Source: a virus
Virus genome (UHGV): UHGV-0147904
Direction: 5' to 3' (one strand)
Length of the DNA stretch: 64,000 nt
Shown here: in pieces, positions 52,145 to 62,960 of the stretch
How the letters are laid out: each line of letters begins with the position of its first letter
How positions within the stretch are numbered: the first letter of the stretch is position 1
Notes under the pieces: model-generated
What the model was told of the DNA's origin: nothing
Seen by the model: only the letters and a program-made list of their open reading frames with translations
Database searches by the model: none
Translations under genes and position numbers: made by a program

Positions 52145-52362
52145 AAACCCCCCTGAACGTCGGCAGAGAAGGGGAGGCTCCAGTAACTAAGTGAATTGCG
52201 CGAGTTAGTTGAAAAACGGGCAGTAAAAATGCAGGGGCCATCAGGCAATTGAGAGCGTGCTTCGTCTTCAGTTGCTGCGATAACGAAGTGATAGTGGTGT
52301 TTTTTACAGGAATAGAAACGCCAGATGAATTCTGGGCGTGCGCAAGGATTGGCATTAACCAT
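52141..52362 (-). CDS. icd: Icd (73 aa)
   Basis: 73-aa ORF translationally coupled to ant; target sites for c4 lie just upstream. Confidence 0.75.
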   Translation of the reverse strand: MVNANPCARPEFIWRFYSCKKHHYHFVIAATEDEARSQLPDGPCIFTARFSTNSRNSLSYWSLPFSADVQGGL

Positions 52363-52414
52363 AGTTACGGCCTCACAATCAGGTTTAACAACCTGCTACC
52401 CGCTGCTAAACAGG

Positions 52415-52495
52415 TGGCAGGACGTGACGGGGTTAGCAGACTGGCGATTGTGAAACCAGCAGGCCGAAGCCTCCCCATCACGCCCCACCATAATT
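52415..52495 (-). ncRNA. c4: c4 antisense repressor RNA (approximate bounds)
   Basis: Minus-strand segment carries CACAATC and CTGCTAA, complementary to GATTGTG and TTAGCAG present in copies both upstream (about 52555-52580) and downstream (about 52374-52410). Confidence 0.5.
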
Positions 52496-52675
52496 TGGGC
52501 GTAACGCGGTTTTACGGACACAAAAATACCGCAATATAGGATATCTGCGGCTGTCCGCACAATCATTCAGGCTGCTAAACCCGGTCGCAGAATTTGCTAC
52601 GACGGCGGAACTATAAGCCTGAACGATTAAAAGGTCAATATGATGCGAAAAGATAGCATTCGTGACTTAAAAATA

Positions 52676-52692
52676 CAAATTTATTAGAGCAT
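52676..52692. promoter_or_regulatory. C1 operator (Op51-type) at the immI promoter
   Basis: aaatttattagagcatt, 15/17. Confidence 0.65.
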
Positions 52693-52789
52693 TATCTGCT
52701 TAATAAATACACAGTTGGATCTAATAACCTCTTTTTTTTAAAGGCGAAAATATGTACCCTAAATGGGTTATAAGGCAGGTGAGGTTATA

Positions 52790-52921
52790 ATGAGAAAACT
52801 ATTACTATCGTTATTATTTATGGCTGGGACTGTTAATGCAGCATCAAGCGTAAAGGAGATTTGTACCGATTATACGAAATACCTTTGGCAAGTTTACGCC
52901 TTTGCGATCAATGACTATTAA
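52790..52921 (+). CDS. 43-aa secreted/membrane peptide (MRKLLLSLLFMAGTVNAASS...)
   Basis: AGGTGAGG RBS; signal-peptide-like N-terminus; AT-rich; below track cutoff. Confidence 0.3.
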   Translation: MRKLLLSLLFMAGTVNAASSVKEICTDYTKYLWQVYAFAINDY

Positions 52922-52942
52922 TCCATGCGTAGGAGTGGATTT

Positions 52943-53260
52943 ATGCTGATTCGTTTGTTTTTAGTGCTTTCCTTTTTAACATTTAATGTTTTTGCTGATG
53001 AAGTTGACTTTTCGAAGGTAGATTGTAATTCAGTGGAAACAAGAAAAGCTCTTATTGAAGAATATAACGAAATATTATCGTCATATGGAATAACAGTGGT
53101 TGATTCTTATAATCAAAAAACTATTCAGAAAGGAATAAATAAACTGGTCTGTTATGGGGTTTACCAATATTCAGATGGCTCTTCGGAGTATGTTATTTAT
53201 AAAGCATACCCAAATAGTCTTGGTGAATTAATTAGTGAGTTTAAACCGATTAATGAGTGA
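52943..53260 (+). CDS. small secreted protein (106 aa from internal Met)
   Basis: Signal peptide MLIRLFLVLSFLTFNVFA; region ~33% GC. Confidence 0.45.
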   Translation: MLIRLFLVLSFLTFNVFADEVDFSKVDCNSVETRKALIEEYNEILSSYGITVVDSYNQKTIQKGINKLVCYGVYQYSDGSSEYVIYKAYPNSLGELISEFKPINE

Positions 53261-53267
53261 ATGGAAA

Positions 53268-54047
53268 ATGAAATTATTTAATGTAATAACATTTTGTTGT
53301 GCTATTTTTGCTGGAAGCGCGATAGCTGATAATAAATTGCCAGATTGGCTTTCTACCTCAAAGAAAGATTATGATTTAGTAAGGGCATTCTATTTGTCTG
53401 GATTTGCTTCGAAAGCAATGAACAATCAATTTGGTTATCATTTGCCATCTGAGTTGGTTAATGATTTTAAAGATAATGAATTTGCTGCTCAGGAAAAATG
53501 GAACACAATTCCAATTGTGTATGGTGAAATAAAATCCATAAGAATGGTGAATAATAAACCAATTGTAGAGTTATTTACTCCAGGGGAAAATGCAACGCCA
53601 CTAAATTATATCAAATTGAAAATATTGGATTCAAAGCAAGACTCTCTGTTAAAACTAAAAAAAGGGGATGATATATATGCAGTGTGCTCAGGTGCTAATT
53701 TTAGCTTAGTGCCAATTCTGAGCAACTGCACTCCTGCAACAGACGTCATTGATGCTGCACTCTCTTTTTCTGGTGAATATATGTTCCCTGCTTTTGATTC
53801 TTTTTCGCCTACTAAGCAAAACGTCAAATATATATTCACAAATCAAGATCCTGTTCAGATGATGAATTTTATAGGGTACCTATCCTTAGTCGATACAACG
53901 AAGGATAAGAAAAAAATGGATATGGTTCGTAAGTGTACGCCTTGGAAGCCGGAATGTTCACAACAATTCGTTGATGTAATGGAAGGATTTGATAGCATCA
54001 TGTATAAATATGAGGGAGAATTTAAAAATTACATAGAATTAAAATAG
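53268..54047 (+). CDS. secreted protein, candidate superinfection-exclusion (sim-like by position next to immI; 259 aa)
   Basis: Signal peptide MKLFNVITFCCAIFAGSAIA; AT-rich. Confidence 0.45.
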   Translation: MKLFNVITFCCAIFAGSAIADNKLPDWLSTSKKDYDLVRAFYLSGFASKAMNNQFGYHLPSELVNDFKDNEFAAQEKWNTIPIVYGEIKSIRMVNNKPIVELFTPGENATPLNYIKLKILDSKQDSLLKLKKGDDIYAVCSGANFSLVPILSNCTPATDVIDAALSFSGEYMFPAFDSFSPTKQNVKYIFTNQDPVQMMNFIGYLSLVDTTKDKKKMDMVRKCTPWKPECSQQFVDVMEGFDSIMYKYEGEFKNYIELK

Positions 54048-54074
54048 TATTTGAAAGGATAGTCAATTTAAGTT

Positions 54075-54104
54075 TAAAAAAACGCCCATTAAAGGGCGTT
54101 TTAT
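54075..54104 (+). terminator. intrinsic terminator
   Basis: aaaaaacgcccattaaagggcgttttattg. Confidence 0.6.
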
Positions 54105-54204
54105 TGTTTTACTCAAAACAACCTGATTATGTGATAACCATATCATATCCCTCATTCCACCTACACTGATTACCCCCCAGACAACAATATTCCTACTCAA
54201 TGAA

Positions 54205-54224
54205 CAAATGACTACTCGTAGAAT
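54205..54224 (+). promoter_or_regulatory. late-promoter-like motif
   Basis: caaaTGACTactcgTAGAAT about 30 bp before the ATG at 54256. Confidence 0.45.
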
Positions 54225-54231
54225 CGGTTAA

Positions 54232-54822
<591 letters not shown>

Positions 54823-54832
54823 GGGGGCTGAT

Positions 54833-55444
54833 ATGGGGCTTAATGTTGCTTCAGTAAAGTCTTATGTATCTTCGGCATTAACGACGACATTATTTGGCTC
54901 CGGCGTTGGTGAGCGGGAAGTTGGTAAGCTGACGTCAATCATCATGAACAAAATGCTGTTCGCGCAAGGATGGCAGTTCTCTGTCGAAGTTGATGGTCTG
55001 GAGGGGGCAGACTTCTTTGCTAAAGACATTACCTACCACGATTACAGCATCGAATATGAAACGATTAAAATCGGCGGAGGGAATATCCTTCAACCAACGG
55101 AGCGTTCGCCAGGGCAGATAACAATGATGGTCAGGGATACCGTTGATGGCCTCGTTTTGGACTGGTTTAAGACGGCAAAAAGTCGGGTGATTAATCCAGA
55201 CGGTACCGGGAATATACCGTCTAAATATTTGCTCAATGTGCGTATTTATCGGTTGCTGTCTTCCGGCTTAACCAAACTGGAAAATGAGATGACTGTATTC
55301 CCGGTCACTACCGGCGATGTCACCTATGCGCGGGATCAGGTTACGGAATTTAAGTCATTCCCAATGACCTTCGCATTGCACAGCACGTTTAACCAATCCT
55401 CAAGTTCTTTGGCTTCCCTTCTGGGCTTTAGTTTTTCTCTTTGA
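54833..55444 (+). CDS. putative tail/baseplate protein (203 aa)
   Basis: Operon context. Confidence 0.55.
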   Translation: MGLNVASVKSYVSSALTTTLFGSGVGEREVGKLTSIIMNKMLFAQGWQFSVEVDGLEGADFFAKDITYHDYSIEYETIKIGGGNILQPTERSPGQITMMVRDTVDGLVLDWFKTAKSRVINPDGTGNIPSKYLLNVRIYRLLSSGLTKLENEMTVFPVTTGDVTYARDQVTEFKSFPMTFALHSTFNQSSSSLASLLGFSFSL

Positions 55445-55458
55445 ATTAAGGAGCAAGG

Positions 55459-56340
55459 ATGCTTTTACCCCTTTTCCCGCTACCATCGCGGCCAACTGAA
55501 TTGATCCAGTTCCGTCAGCCAAATATTGCTGATGCGATGCGTTTCAACTCGATAACACCGGAGGAACAAGAACAACAGACAACGGCGTATTTAAAAGCCT
55601 TGCTGGCTGAACCCGCGAAACATGATCCCCTGACATGGACGGCGCAGGACCGGATTACCGCGTTATGGTGGATATTTACCGGCTCCCGTGAAACACCGGT
55701 CGAGACATTCACTTACACCTGTAAACATTGCGGTAAAGAGCATTATTACGATTGCGATATGAATGCTCTGGCTGAAGATATCCAGGTCCTGGAAGTGGAA
55801 CCTTTCATTGACGATATTGAGGTGTCTGTAGAGGGAGTACCTTATCAATGGCGTATCGTGCCGCTTGATGGTTGGGCAATGGAAATGCTGGAGATGCGCC
55901 GTGCAGCATTGCCACCTGAAGACGACGCGGAATTCAAAGAAGCGATCGTTGATTTGCGTTTTTGGGAATTCGCTTATCAGTGTGAGCTTTATAACGATGT
56001 TAGCGGTACTCGTGAAGATCAGGCTGAGCGTCGTTATGAAACGATTAAACGGATGGCCATTGATACTGAATTTATGAAGCTGGCGGCACACATCCGACTG
56101 GCTCATGAAAAGCTCGAACATGGTTTACCGTGCTACATCGATAAAGGTGAAATGCGTCTTCGTCTCCCGCCGCATAAATGCCCAAATCAGGATAAAAAGG
56201 AGTCCACAGAGGGTGCGTATACCCGTCTGTGGGTGCCCTTTCGGGCTACCGACTTCATTCCACAGGTGGGGATTGAAAAGCTATCAGACCTTAGTGTCCA
56301 ACCTGGTTTTGTATGGGGGTATACCGATTCAGGACGCTGA
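55459..56340 (+). CDS. putative tail/baseplate protein with CxxC pairs (293 aa)
   Basis: Operon context; TYTCKHCGKEHYYDCD and CPNQ motifs. Confidence 0.55.
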   Translation: MLLPLFPLPSRPTELIQFRQPNIADAMRFNSITPEEQEQQTTAYLKALLAEPAKHDPLTWTAQDRITALWWIFTGSRETPVETFTYTCKHCGKEHYYDCDMNALAEDIQVLEVEPFIDDIEVSVEGVPYQWRIVPLDGWAMEMLEMRRAALPPEDDAEFKEAIVDLRFWEFAYQCELYNDVSGTREDQAERRYETIKRMAIDTEFMKLAAHIRLAHEKLEHGLPCYIDKGEMRLRLPPHKCPNQDKKESTEGAYTRLWVPFRATDFIPQVGIEKLSDLSVQPGFVWGYTDSGR

Positions 56341-56421
56341 AAGGCTTACTGAATCCTATGCGTTTTTCCTGTTGGAGAAACTGGAAGAAAAACTTAAACC
56401 GAAACGGTAGGCGATAAGATC

Positions 56422-59400
56422 ATGGAAAGAAAAAACGCCAACATTGACGATGTTATAAGGACAGTTGAAACCGCCAGTGCAAAAGAGCTGGAAGAGCTTG
56501 CAGGTATCCGGGAAGCTGTTGAAGATTTGAAAGGGGGACGCGTTGCAACTGTTGATCCTGTCTCTCGCAGTGTGTCGGCATTAAATCGCACAATCGAAAA
56601 TTCCCGGCCAGACTTTGTGGCCAATGCGCCATCAGTGGACCCTATTGTTGAGGCAATGAAACGGCTTAATTTAGGGGACGTTTCTCGTGTAGTTCAGGAA
56701 GATGTTGCTCAACAGGAACAGCGGGCCAAATCAACCACACCAAAGGGTAAAAAACGACGCAGGAAGGCTATACCAGAGGATGTAAAGGCACAACGGACCG
56801 AAGCAGCCGAACACGCTCGCGAAATGTTCGGTCAAAAAGGCGGTGCGCAAAAAAGCCAAAACCAACGCGATGCGCGTGGTCGTTTTATTGGAAAGTCAGG
56901 GAGTAAGGCCGCAGCGGAAGATGCCCGTGCTGAACGAGCAGAAAAGGCCAGGCGAAAAGAGGATGATGAGCGTCTAAATGCTGAATCAGGTTTATTAAAA
57001 AAACTGTCAAAAGTAGCTGAAGGCATAGGTAACCCTTCAGAGACTCGTGCTGTCGATGCGTTAGGTTATGCCGTTGCAGGTCCATTGTGGGCAGCAGGGA
57101 AGGAGCTTGGCGGGATATCAAAAGAAGTTGGCGGATCGCTTAATGGTGCCAGAAAGTCTATTGCCGATGTGATTCGTGGCAATGACGATAACAGCCGTAG
57201 AAAAGGTTTTTTTAGGCGTAAATCGCAAAATAGTGCCGATGTCGTTCAGGTTAACACCCAAAAACGGACGGTTCAGGAACTTCAGGAGCAGACCAGCGAA
57301 ATTAAAGAGGGCAATGACAAGATTCTCAGCGCCCTTGATCAGATAGCCAAAAACACCGGGAAAAAGAAGGGCGGCTTGCTGTCCAAACTATTTAGCCTGT
57401 TAGGGAAGGGGGCCGGTGGCGTCGCGTCGTTGTTAATGGGGCGTGGCATGCTGAAAAAAGCTGGAGCACTCGCTTTTGGCGCTCTGGGGGCAAAGAAACT
57501 TGTAGGAATGCTACGCGGTGGTGGTAAGAAGACTCTCGCCCATGAAGGCGGAGATTTGGCTGCCCGGGCAGCAGGTAAACTTGGATTAAAGGCAGTTGGT
57601 AAAGGGGCGTTACGCGCAATTCCCCTAGTCGGCACAGTGGTTGGAGGTATTTATGATGCGGTAACCGGTTGGAATGATACAGAAGCGCAACGTCGAGCGT
57701 TTGGGCTTAAATCAGGACAAGATCCATCATTCCAGCAAAAAGCCGCTTATACGTTAGCTAATATTCTTGATATGGGGGGACTGGTATCTGGTATTAGCAG
57801 CGCCATTGGTGAGGTTCTCAAATCACTTGGATTTGAGGATATCGGCAATATGTTGCAATCATTTTCGACGGAAAGTATTGCCCATGCCATTGATAGTGGG
57901 ATTACCAACTTAGAAACATATATTTCTAACCTTGGCGACACCATTTCTACCAAGTTCGATGATTACACAGCAAAGATTGGTGATGCTGTTTCAGCATGGT
58001 TTAGCGATACATCTAATAAGCTGCTTGAAAAGCTGGATGCCATCAAAGACTTCTTTACTGTCGATAACCTGAAACAGGTTTTCAGTGATGCAATTGATAG
58101 TGCAATTGATTTCATTAAGAACCCAGGGAAACACATTAAAGAGGCGGCTGGTAATATTTGGGATGGGGTTAAAAATTTACCAGGTAAAGCATTAGATGCA
58201 GCGGTTGATGCCGTTAAAAATACCCCTGCGGCAATGATTGTATCAAAAATACCCAATCCGATCGGCGAGGCTAATGCGAAAGAAATCACTCCAGAGTTAA
58301 AAGCTCCGGTTAATAGCCACCAGGAGACATCTGATTCTAAAACTGAATCCGATGCCAAACAGACTAATATTGTTACCCGCGTGATAAATGCGGCACTGGA
58401 CACGGCGAAAGATAGCAATAAAACAGTTAAAGAAACTGCTAATCAGATTATCAATGCAAATGCCGTAGAAACGGGCAATAGCGCGTTGCAGAAAATTGAT
58501 AAAGCTATTGGTCAAAATAGCTCGTCATCATCGTCGCTTAATACCACTGGCACCAGGAATGACATTCAGAAAGCTGCGGATACCTACAACAATGGCAACT
58601 TGGATGTAAAAGTCGGAAGTCTTGGCGCTGAAGGTAAGGCAAATCTCGATAAGTTGGCTCCGTATTTTGCCGAACTAGAGAATAAATACGGTCTTCCAGA
58701 AGGCACTCTTTACGCGATTGCTGCAACTGAATCTGGTGGTAATCCGTATGCAAAATCCCAAACCGGTGCTCTGGGGATGTTTCAGTTCACGGGGATTGCT
58801 CGTGAAGAGACTGGCTTAGCTGAAGGTGAATCGTTTGATCCTGTGAAATCGGCAGAAGCTGCGGCTCTTCTCATGAGCAAATATCTGAAGCAAGCCAATG
58901 GAGACTTAAACGAGGCCATCACTGCATATAATGCTGGGTTTGGCACTATCAATAAGTGGAAAAAAGGCACAGGTGACTTATCGAAAGAAAACCGTGAGTA
59001 CGCGATCAAGGTCAATACTCATCGTGCTCGCTATTTAGGTGGTGAAATCTATACACCTGGAGCAGGAGCACAGGGTGGGGCGCAATATGGAGTGAGGGGA
59101 CCACTGCCTGATAACGCTGTTATCGATCAGTCTACTGGCCTGGCGTTTACCCCTGGTGATAGCCCGTTTGAGAAAGGCGGTCTGGTAGACAAAATTGGCA
59201 ATGCTGTTGGCGTTAACGATCTGGTCAACAAATTCATGAATGGCCGGGGTATGCGTCGGGAAGTCGTTCAGGGAACGCTCGAAGAACGTGCACGAGGGAA
59301 GGGGACCGCAACAGCAGCTGGCAATGTGTATGTTGATACTCCGATGCCAGTTGAAGAGGCGCGTCCGGTGGCCAGCAACTCAAGTTACTTTGACCAACTC

Positions 59401-59814
59401 GGCGCACAAATGGGGATTGATGGACTATTTGATAAACTCCGCAACTCGCCGGGGATGCGGAAAAATAATGCGCCTGAACCAGCCTCCACGTCCCAGGTGA
59501 CGACTGCCGCCAACGATTTGCAGCAACCAACCGGTCGTATGCAGATAGACGGACAGGTTATTAGTGACCTTGGCGGCTCCGGTGCCAAGCCGACAATGCA
59601 GTTGGCTGATAATACCGTTTCACTTGATGGTGAAACGAAGCGGCTGTTTGCGCAGATGACCTCATTGCTTGCCAGGATTGAAGAGCACACTAAAGACTCG
59701 GCGAAAGGCCAGGGAACTGTCGTAAAGGTCAGCACGCCTCAACCGGGCGTTATGCGCACGGTGCCACTGTCAATTGATGATCCGTTGATGAATGACTACG
59801 CGAGAGTTGATTGA
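56422..59814 (+). CDS. sit: Sit-like tail tape-measure/injection protein with lytic transglycosylase domain (1130 aa)
   Basis: SLT motifs AIAATESGGNPYAKSQTGALGMFQFTGIAREE ... AITAYNAG in a 1130-aa protein with long Gly/Ala/Lys-rich regions. Confidence 0.85.
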   Translation: MERKNANIDDVIRTVETASAKELEELAGIREAVEDLKGGRVATVDPVSRSVSALNRTIENSRPDFVANAPSVDPIVEAMKRLNLGDVSRVVQEDVAQQEQRAKSTTPKGKKRRRKAIPEDVKAQRTEAAEHAREMFGQKGGAQKSQNQRDARGRFIGKSGSKAAAEDARAERAEKARRKEDDERLNAESGLLKKLSKVAEGIGNPSETRAVDALGYAVAGPLWAAGKELGGISKEVGGSLNGARKSIADVIRGNDDNSRRKGFFRRKSQNSADVVQVNTQKRTVQELQEQTSEIKEGNDKILSALDQIAKNTGKKKGGLLSKLFSLLGKGAGGVASLLMGRGMLKKAGALAFGALGAKKLVGMLRGGGKKTLAHEGGDLAARAAGKLGLKAVGKGALRAIPLVGTVVGGIYDAVTGWNDTEAQRRAFGLKSGQDPSFQQKAAYTLANILDMGGLVSGISSAIGEVLKSLGFEDIGNMLQSFSTESIAHAIDSGITNLETYISNLGDTISTKFDDYTAKIGDAVSAWFSDTSNKLLEKLDAIKDFFTVDNLKQVFSDAIDSAIDFIKNPGKHIKEAAGNIWDGVKNLPGKALDAAVDAVKNTPAAMIVSKIPNPIGEANAKEITPELKAPVNSHQETSDSKTESDAKQTNIVTRVINAALDTAKDSNKTVKETANQIINANAVETGNSALQKIDKAIGQNSSSSSSLNTTGTRNDIQKAADTYNNGNLDVKVGSLGAEGKANLDKLAPYFAELENKYGLPEGTLYAIAATESGGNPYAKSQTGALGMFQFTGIAREETGLAEGESFDPVKSAEAAALLMSKYLKQANGDLNEAITAYNAGFGTINKWKKGTGDLSKENREYAIKVNTHRARYLGGEIYTPGAGAQGGAQYGVRGPLPDNAVIDQSTGLAFTPGDSPFEKGGLVDKIGNAVGVNDLVNKFMNGRGMRREVVQGTLEERARGKGTATAAGNVYVDTPMPVEEARPVASNSSYFDQLGAQMGIDGLFDKLRNSPGMRKNNAPEPASTSQVTTAANDLQQPTGRMQIDGQVISDLGGSGAKPTMQLADNTVSLDGETKRLFAQMTSLLARIEEHTKDSAKGQGTVVKVSTPQPGVMRTVPLSIDDPLMNDYARVD

Positions 59815-60170
59815 TGGCCAACAATAATGAAATTGATCCTTTACTGACGCTGGAGTTATCCGGCGTAAAAACGTATGAGTCCCAGGAGGAGGCCTGGGGC
59901 GCTCGTTTATATGAGTGGCTAAACACTTATCAGGGTGAGGTATACGGAGATCCGTCATGGGGCAATGTTTTACCGCAGTTTAAACACGAACCGACCAACT
60001 TGTCGCATGTTCAAATTGCGGTTGAGGCAATGCTGTTGCAAAAACTGACGGTAGATTTACCTGACATACCGATTTCTGGCTTGTCAGTAGCCGAGGGAGA
60101 TGCTTTTGATAAGTTGAAAATATCCATTCGTATCAGGGATATAACTATCACACAGGACGTGGTGCTATGA
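59811..60170 (+). CDS. gp25/GPW-like baseplate wedge protein (119 aa)
   Basis: Size and pattern resemble the GPW/gp25 family; overlaps neighbours by 4 nt. Confidence 0.5.
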   Translation: MMANNNEIDPLLTLELSGVKTYESQEEAWGARLYEWLNTYQGEVYGDPSWGNVLPQFKHEPTNLSHVQIAVEAMLLQKLTVDLPDIPISGLSVAEGDAFDKLKISIRIRDITITQDVVL

Positions 60171-61600
60171 GTAAAACAACACCGACTAAAGACAGTATTC
60201 GTGCAGAGTTTGAAGAGCTTGTCGAGAAAGATTCATTCTGGTCGAAGTTTGTCGGCTCTCAATTTGTCTCGATGCTGACATTGTTTATTACCCAGATTGT
60301 CTACAGGTGCTTTCAGTATGCCGATGCGGCGCTGGCTGAAGGCTTTATATCGACCGCGACGCGGCGTTCCTCTATCCTGGCAGCGGCAGAAACGAATAGT
60401 TACGTTGGTACCAAGCCAACACCGTCATCGGGGATGATTGAGATCACCGCCACAAGTGAAGATGCCCCAGCGGTAATCCCCAAAAACATGCCTTTAATAT
60501 CTGACGACCAGTACCCTTACATGACTATGGATGTATGCAGGTTGGTTGACGGCACCGGTACGGTAGAAGTGGCACAGTTGGAAATCCAGGAGGTGACATA
60601 TACCGTTACGGCAGCCAAAGAATTTCTGGAAGTCGTGTTATCAAAGGCTCTCACTGCTGTCTGCTGTAAGCTGGAAGTATTCGTGACGACCGATGGTAAG
60701 ACCACGCAGTGGTCTTCCAGCACTATGTTCCGGTTAGCCGGTAGTAAAAGCCAGGTCTACGTTGAGTTTTATAAGCCATCCGAGCAGTTGGGGGTTCGAT
60801 TCGGTGATGGGCTAATTGGGCAAATACCGCCAGAAGGCTCGACCATTACACTTAAGGTATGGTGCACCAACGGAGATATAACCCTGGTTGCTGGCCAAAA
60901 CCTGACTCCTGTCGATTCTGCGGCTAATTTAGCTAATTTGATTTCAGTTAAGACAACGACACCCATAACCGCAGGTACCGATGCCGAAACAACGGAGATC
61001 ACACGTAATCGTGCACAATATTACCTTGCCTATGATGATCAGGTCGTATGGGGCGGGGACTATACGTATTTTCTGGTGCGTAACATCCCGGGACTGTCCT
61101 GGGTAAAGGCATGGGGCGAAGGCCAGCAAGAGAAATTAGATGGTGCTTATAATGTTCGGAATATCAATAAGATATTTATTTCAGGATGGCATCCAAACAA
61201 AAGCCAGTCAGAGCTTGAAGAAATGATCCTGGCTGCCTTTAAGAAGGTGCCGAATGAGTTGAACAAGAAATTCTCGTATAAAGAGGTCAGAAAACTCCCC
61301 TTTAAGATCACCATCACTGGGCGGATATCGGCAAGCCTGACCATTGAGAACGTGACTGATGAGCTGAAGTCGGCACTGGAAACAAAATTTGGGCGTGACT
61401 CAACTTTCTTTGATCCGAACCGTGTCGGCAAGTACATCCTAATCAAGAAAAAAGACGTTTGGGCATTTATCGAAACGCTGGGTTATTTCCGCGACTTTTA
61501 TCTGGAATTTGTCGAGTGGAATGAGTCCAACGGCTTTTACGATTTCGTTTATCTGGATACAGAAAACTCCACCTTTAATATTTCGTATGAGGAGGAGTGA
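60167..61600 (+). CDS. putative baseplate structural protein (477 aa)
   Basis: Operon context. Confidence 0.55.
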   Translation: MSKTTPTKDSIRAEFEELVEKDSFWSKFVGSQFVSMLTLFITQIVYRCFQYADAALAEGFISTATRRSSILAAAETNSYVGTKPTPSSGMIEITATSEDAPAVIPKNMPLISDDQYPYMTMDVCRLVDGTGTVEVAQLEIQEVTYTVTAAKEFLEVVLSKALTAVCCKLEVFVTTDGKTTQWSSSTMFRLAGSKSQVYVEFYKPSEQLGVRFGDGLIGQIPPEGSTITLKVWCTNGDITLVAGQNLTPVDSAANLANLISVKTTTPITAGTDAETTEITRNRAQYYLAYDDQVVWGGDYTYFLVRNIPGLSWVKAWGEGQQEKLDGAYNVRNINKIFISGWHPNKSQSELEEMILAAFKKVPNELNKKFSYKEVRKLPFKITITGRISASLTIENVTDELKSALETKFGRDSTFFDPNRVGKYILIKKKDVWAFIETLGYFRDFYLEFVEWNESNGFYDFVYLDTENSTFNISYEEE

Positions 61601-62436
61601 TGCAGCGTTCCTGGTTTAATAACCGGCTTACATCAGCTAAGCAAAAGTCATTACTTTATAAATCATTGGCTGATTTGGTTCAGTCAATGATGGACACCTT
61701 TGTTGACCCATGGTTGGAGCGAATTACCAACCGGAAGTCTATTTTCTCCATGAGCAAGGAGGATCTGGAGACTAGGACAAATGAACTTGGCCAGTTTTTT
61801 ACTATCAGAACGTCGAATTCATCTTCCGTTCCGATGTTGTTACAACAGCGGTTTGATGAGATCCATTTTAAGGGTACTGAACGCCCTATAAACCAGACAA
61901 TTTATCGCGAATTTAACGGTATATCGGTTTTATGGGATCCCATATATGCTCCGGTGGACTTTGAACGTCATCCCTATGGCACGGTCCTGATTCCAGAAAG
62001 CACACTGGAAACCACCGGCGGCACATTCGGCGAGATGTTTCTGACTTCCAGAGGAATGATCAGTATTCCCATAAACGACCTGGCCCGGACAATGGGTATT
62101 ACTGGAACGATAGATCAGTCCGCAATTACAGAAGAAATTCTCAGAAAGTTTAATCAGTTCGTAAAGCCTCTACTGCCACTGCATATAGTGTTTGATGGGC
62201 TTACGCTCTATTTGTCGGTTGTTGTAAATGAACAGGCCGACATGATCACTTTGAATGAGATTTCTGATACCGAAAAAGCATTCTGCTGGTTTGAAACTTC
62301 GGATACAACTTCGCTTACTGAAGTTACGTCGATTAACGCCCCGATCACTGCAACGCCGGGCGGCACTATTGTGAAAGCAACGCCTACGTTTGATCGCACC
62401 CGCGCAGATGATTTGCTGTTGGATAGCGATGCGTGA
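61597..62436 (+). CDS. putative baseplate/tail protein (279 aa)
   Basis: Operon context; followed by a GC-rich hairpin. Confidence 0.55.
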   Translation: MMQRSWFNNRLTSAKQKSLLYKSLADLVQSMMDTFVDPWLERITNRKSIFSMSKEDLETRTNELGQFFTIRTSNSSSVPMLLQQRFDEIHFKGTERPINQTIYREFNGISVLWDPIYAPVDFERHPYGTVLIPESTLETTGGTFGEMFLTSRGMISIPINDLARTMGITGTIDQSAITEEILRKFNQFVKPLLPLHIVFDGLTLYLSVVVNEQADMITLNEISDTEKAFCWFETSDTTSLTEVTSINAPITATPGGTIVKATPTFDRTRADDLLLDSDA

Positions 62437-62440
62437 CAAT

Positions 62441-62463
62441 CACCCCGTCCGCAGGGCGGGGTG
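62441..62463 (+). terminator. GC-rich hairpin (weak terminator or processing site)
   Basis: caccccgtccgcagggcggggtg, no T-run. Confidence 0.4.
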
Positions 62464-62464
62464 A

Positions 62465-62484
62465 CAAGTTACTTATCTTACAAT
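62465..62484 (+). promoter_or_regulatory. late-promoter-like motif
   Basis: caagTtACTtatctTAcAAT about 30 bp before the ATG at 62515. Confidence 0.45.
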
Positions 62485-62514
62485 GAGGCTTCACAACATT
62501 GATTAGGGAAAATC

Positions 62515-62949
62515 ATGTCTGACGTCTCAACAAACCTCTATAAGAGTCAGTTGTTGGACTATTACTATCAGCGGCGCGCTGAATCGTCCATTAACAAAGG
62601 CTCTCGATTTTTAATCAGCAAGGCCGTTTTCGGTACCAGTTCACTGGTTACTAAGAAAGGAGATGGCACTTATGAGATTGGAGAACTGCCAAAGGCTTTC
62701 GATCTGGCAGAACTGACCAGTCAATTTTGCACCATCAACCTCGTCCCAACCTACTCAGGCGGGATAATTACTGTCCGAATGGACCTTGATCAAAGTCAGT
62801 TGCAGGAAGGGAAAAACTACCCATTCAACACTCTGGTTGTTCTGGATAACGAGAATAAGCCAATCGCCATTATTTGTGTCCAGGAAGACTCGCTGTATGT
62901 GGGCAAAACATATACCGCAGTTATGGCCATAAACTCGACTACAGCATAA
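62515..62949 (+). CDS. putative tail fibre-associated structural protein (144 aa)
   Basis: ORF directly upstream of the tail fibre gene. Confidence 0.55.
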   Translation: MSDVSTNLYKSQLLDYYYQRRAESSINKGSRFLISKAVFGTSSLVTKKGDGTYEIGELPKAFDLAELTSQFCTINLVPTYSGGIITVRMDLDQSQLQEGKNYPFNTLVVLDNENKPIAIICVQEDSLYVGKTYTAVMAINSTTA

Positions 62950-62960
62950 GGATATGCTTG

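Noticed and set aside
56832-59735. Multiple antisense or alternate-frame ORFs inside sit
   Set aside because: Shadows of the 1130-aa sit reading frame
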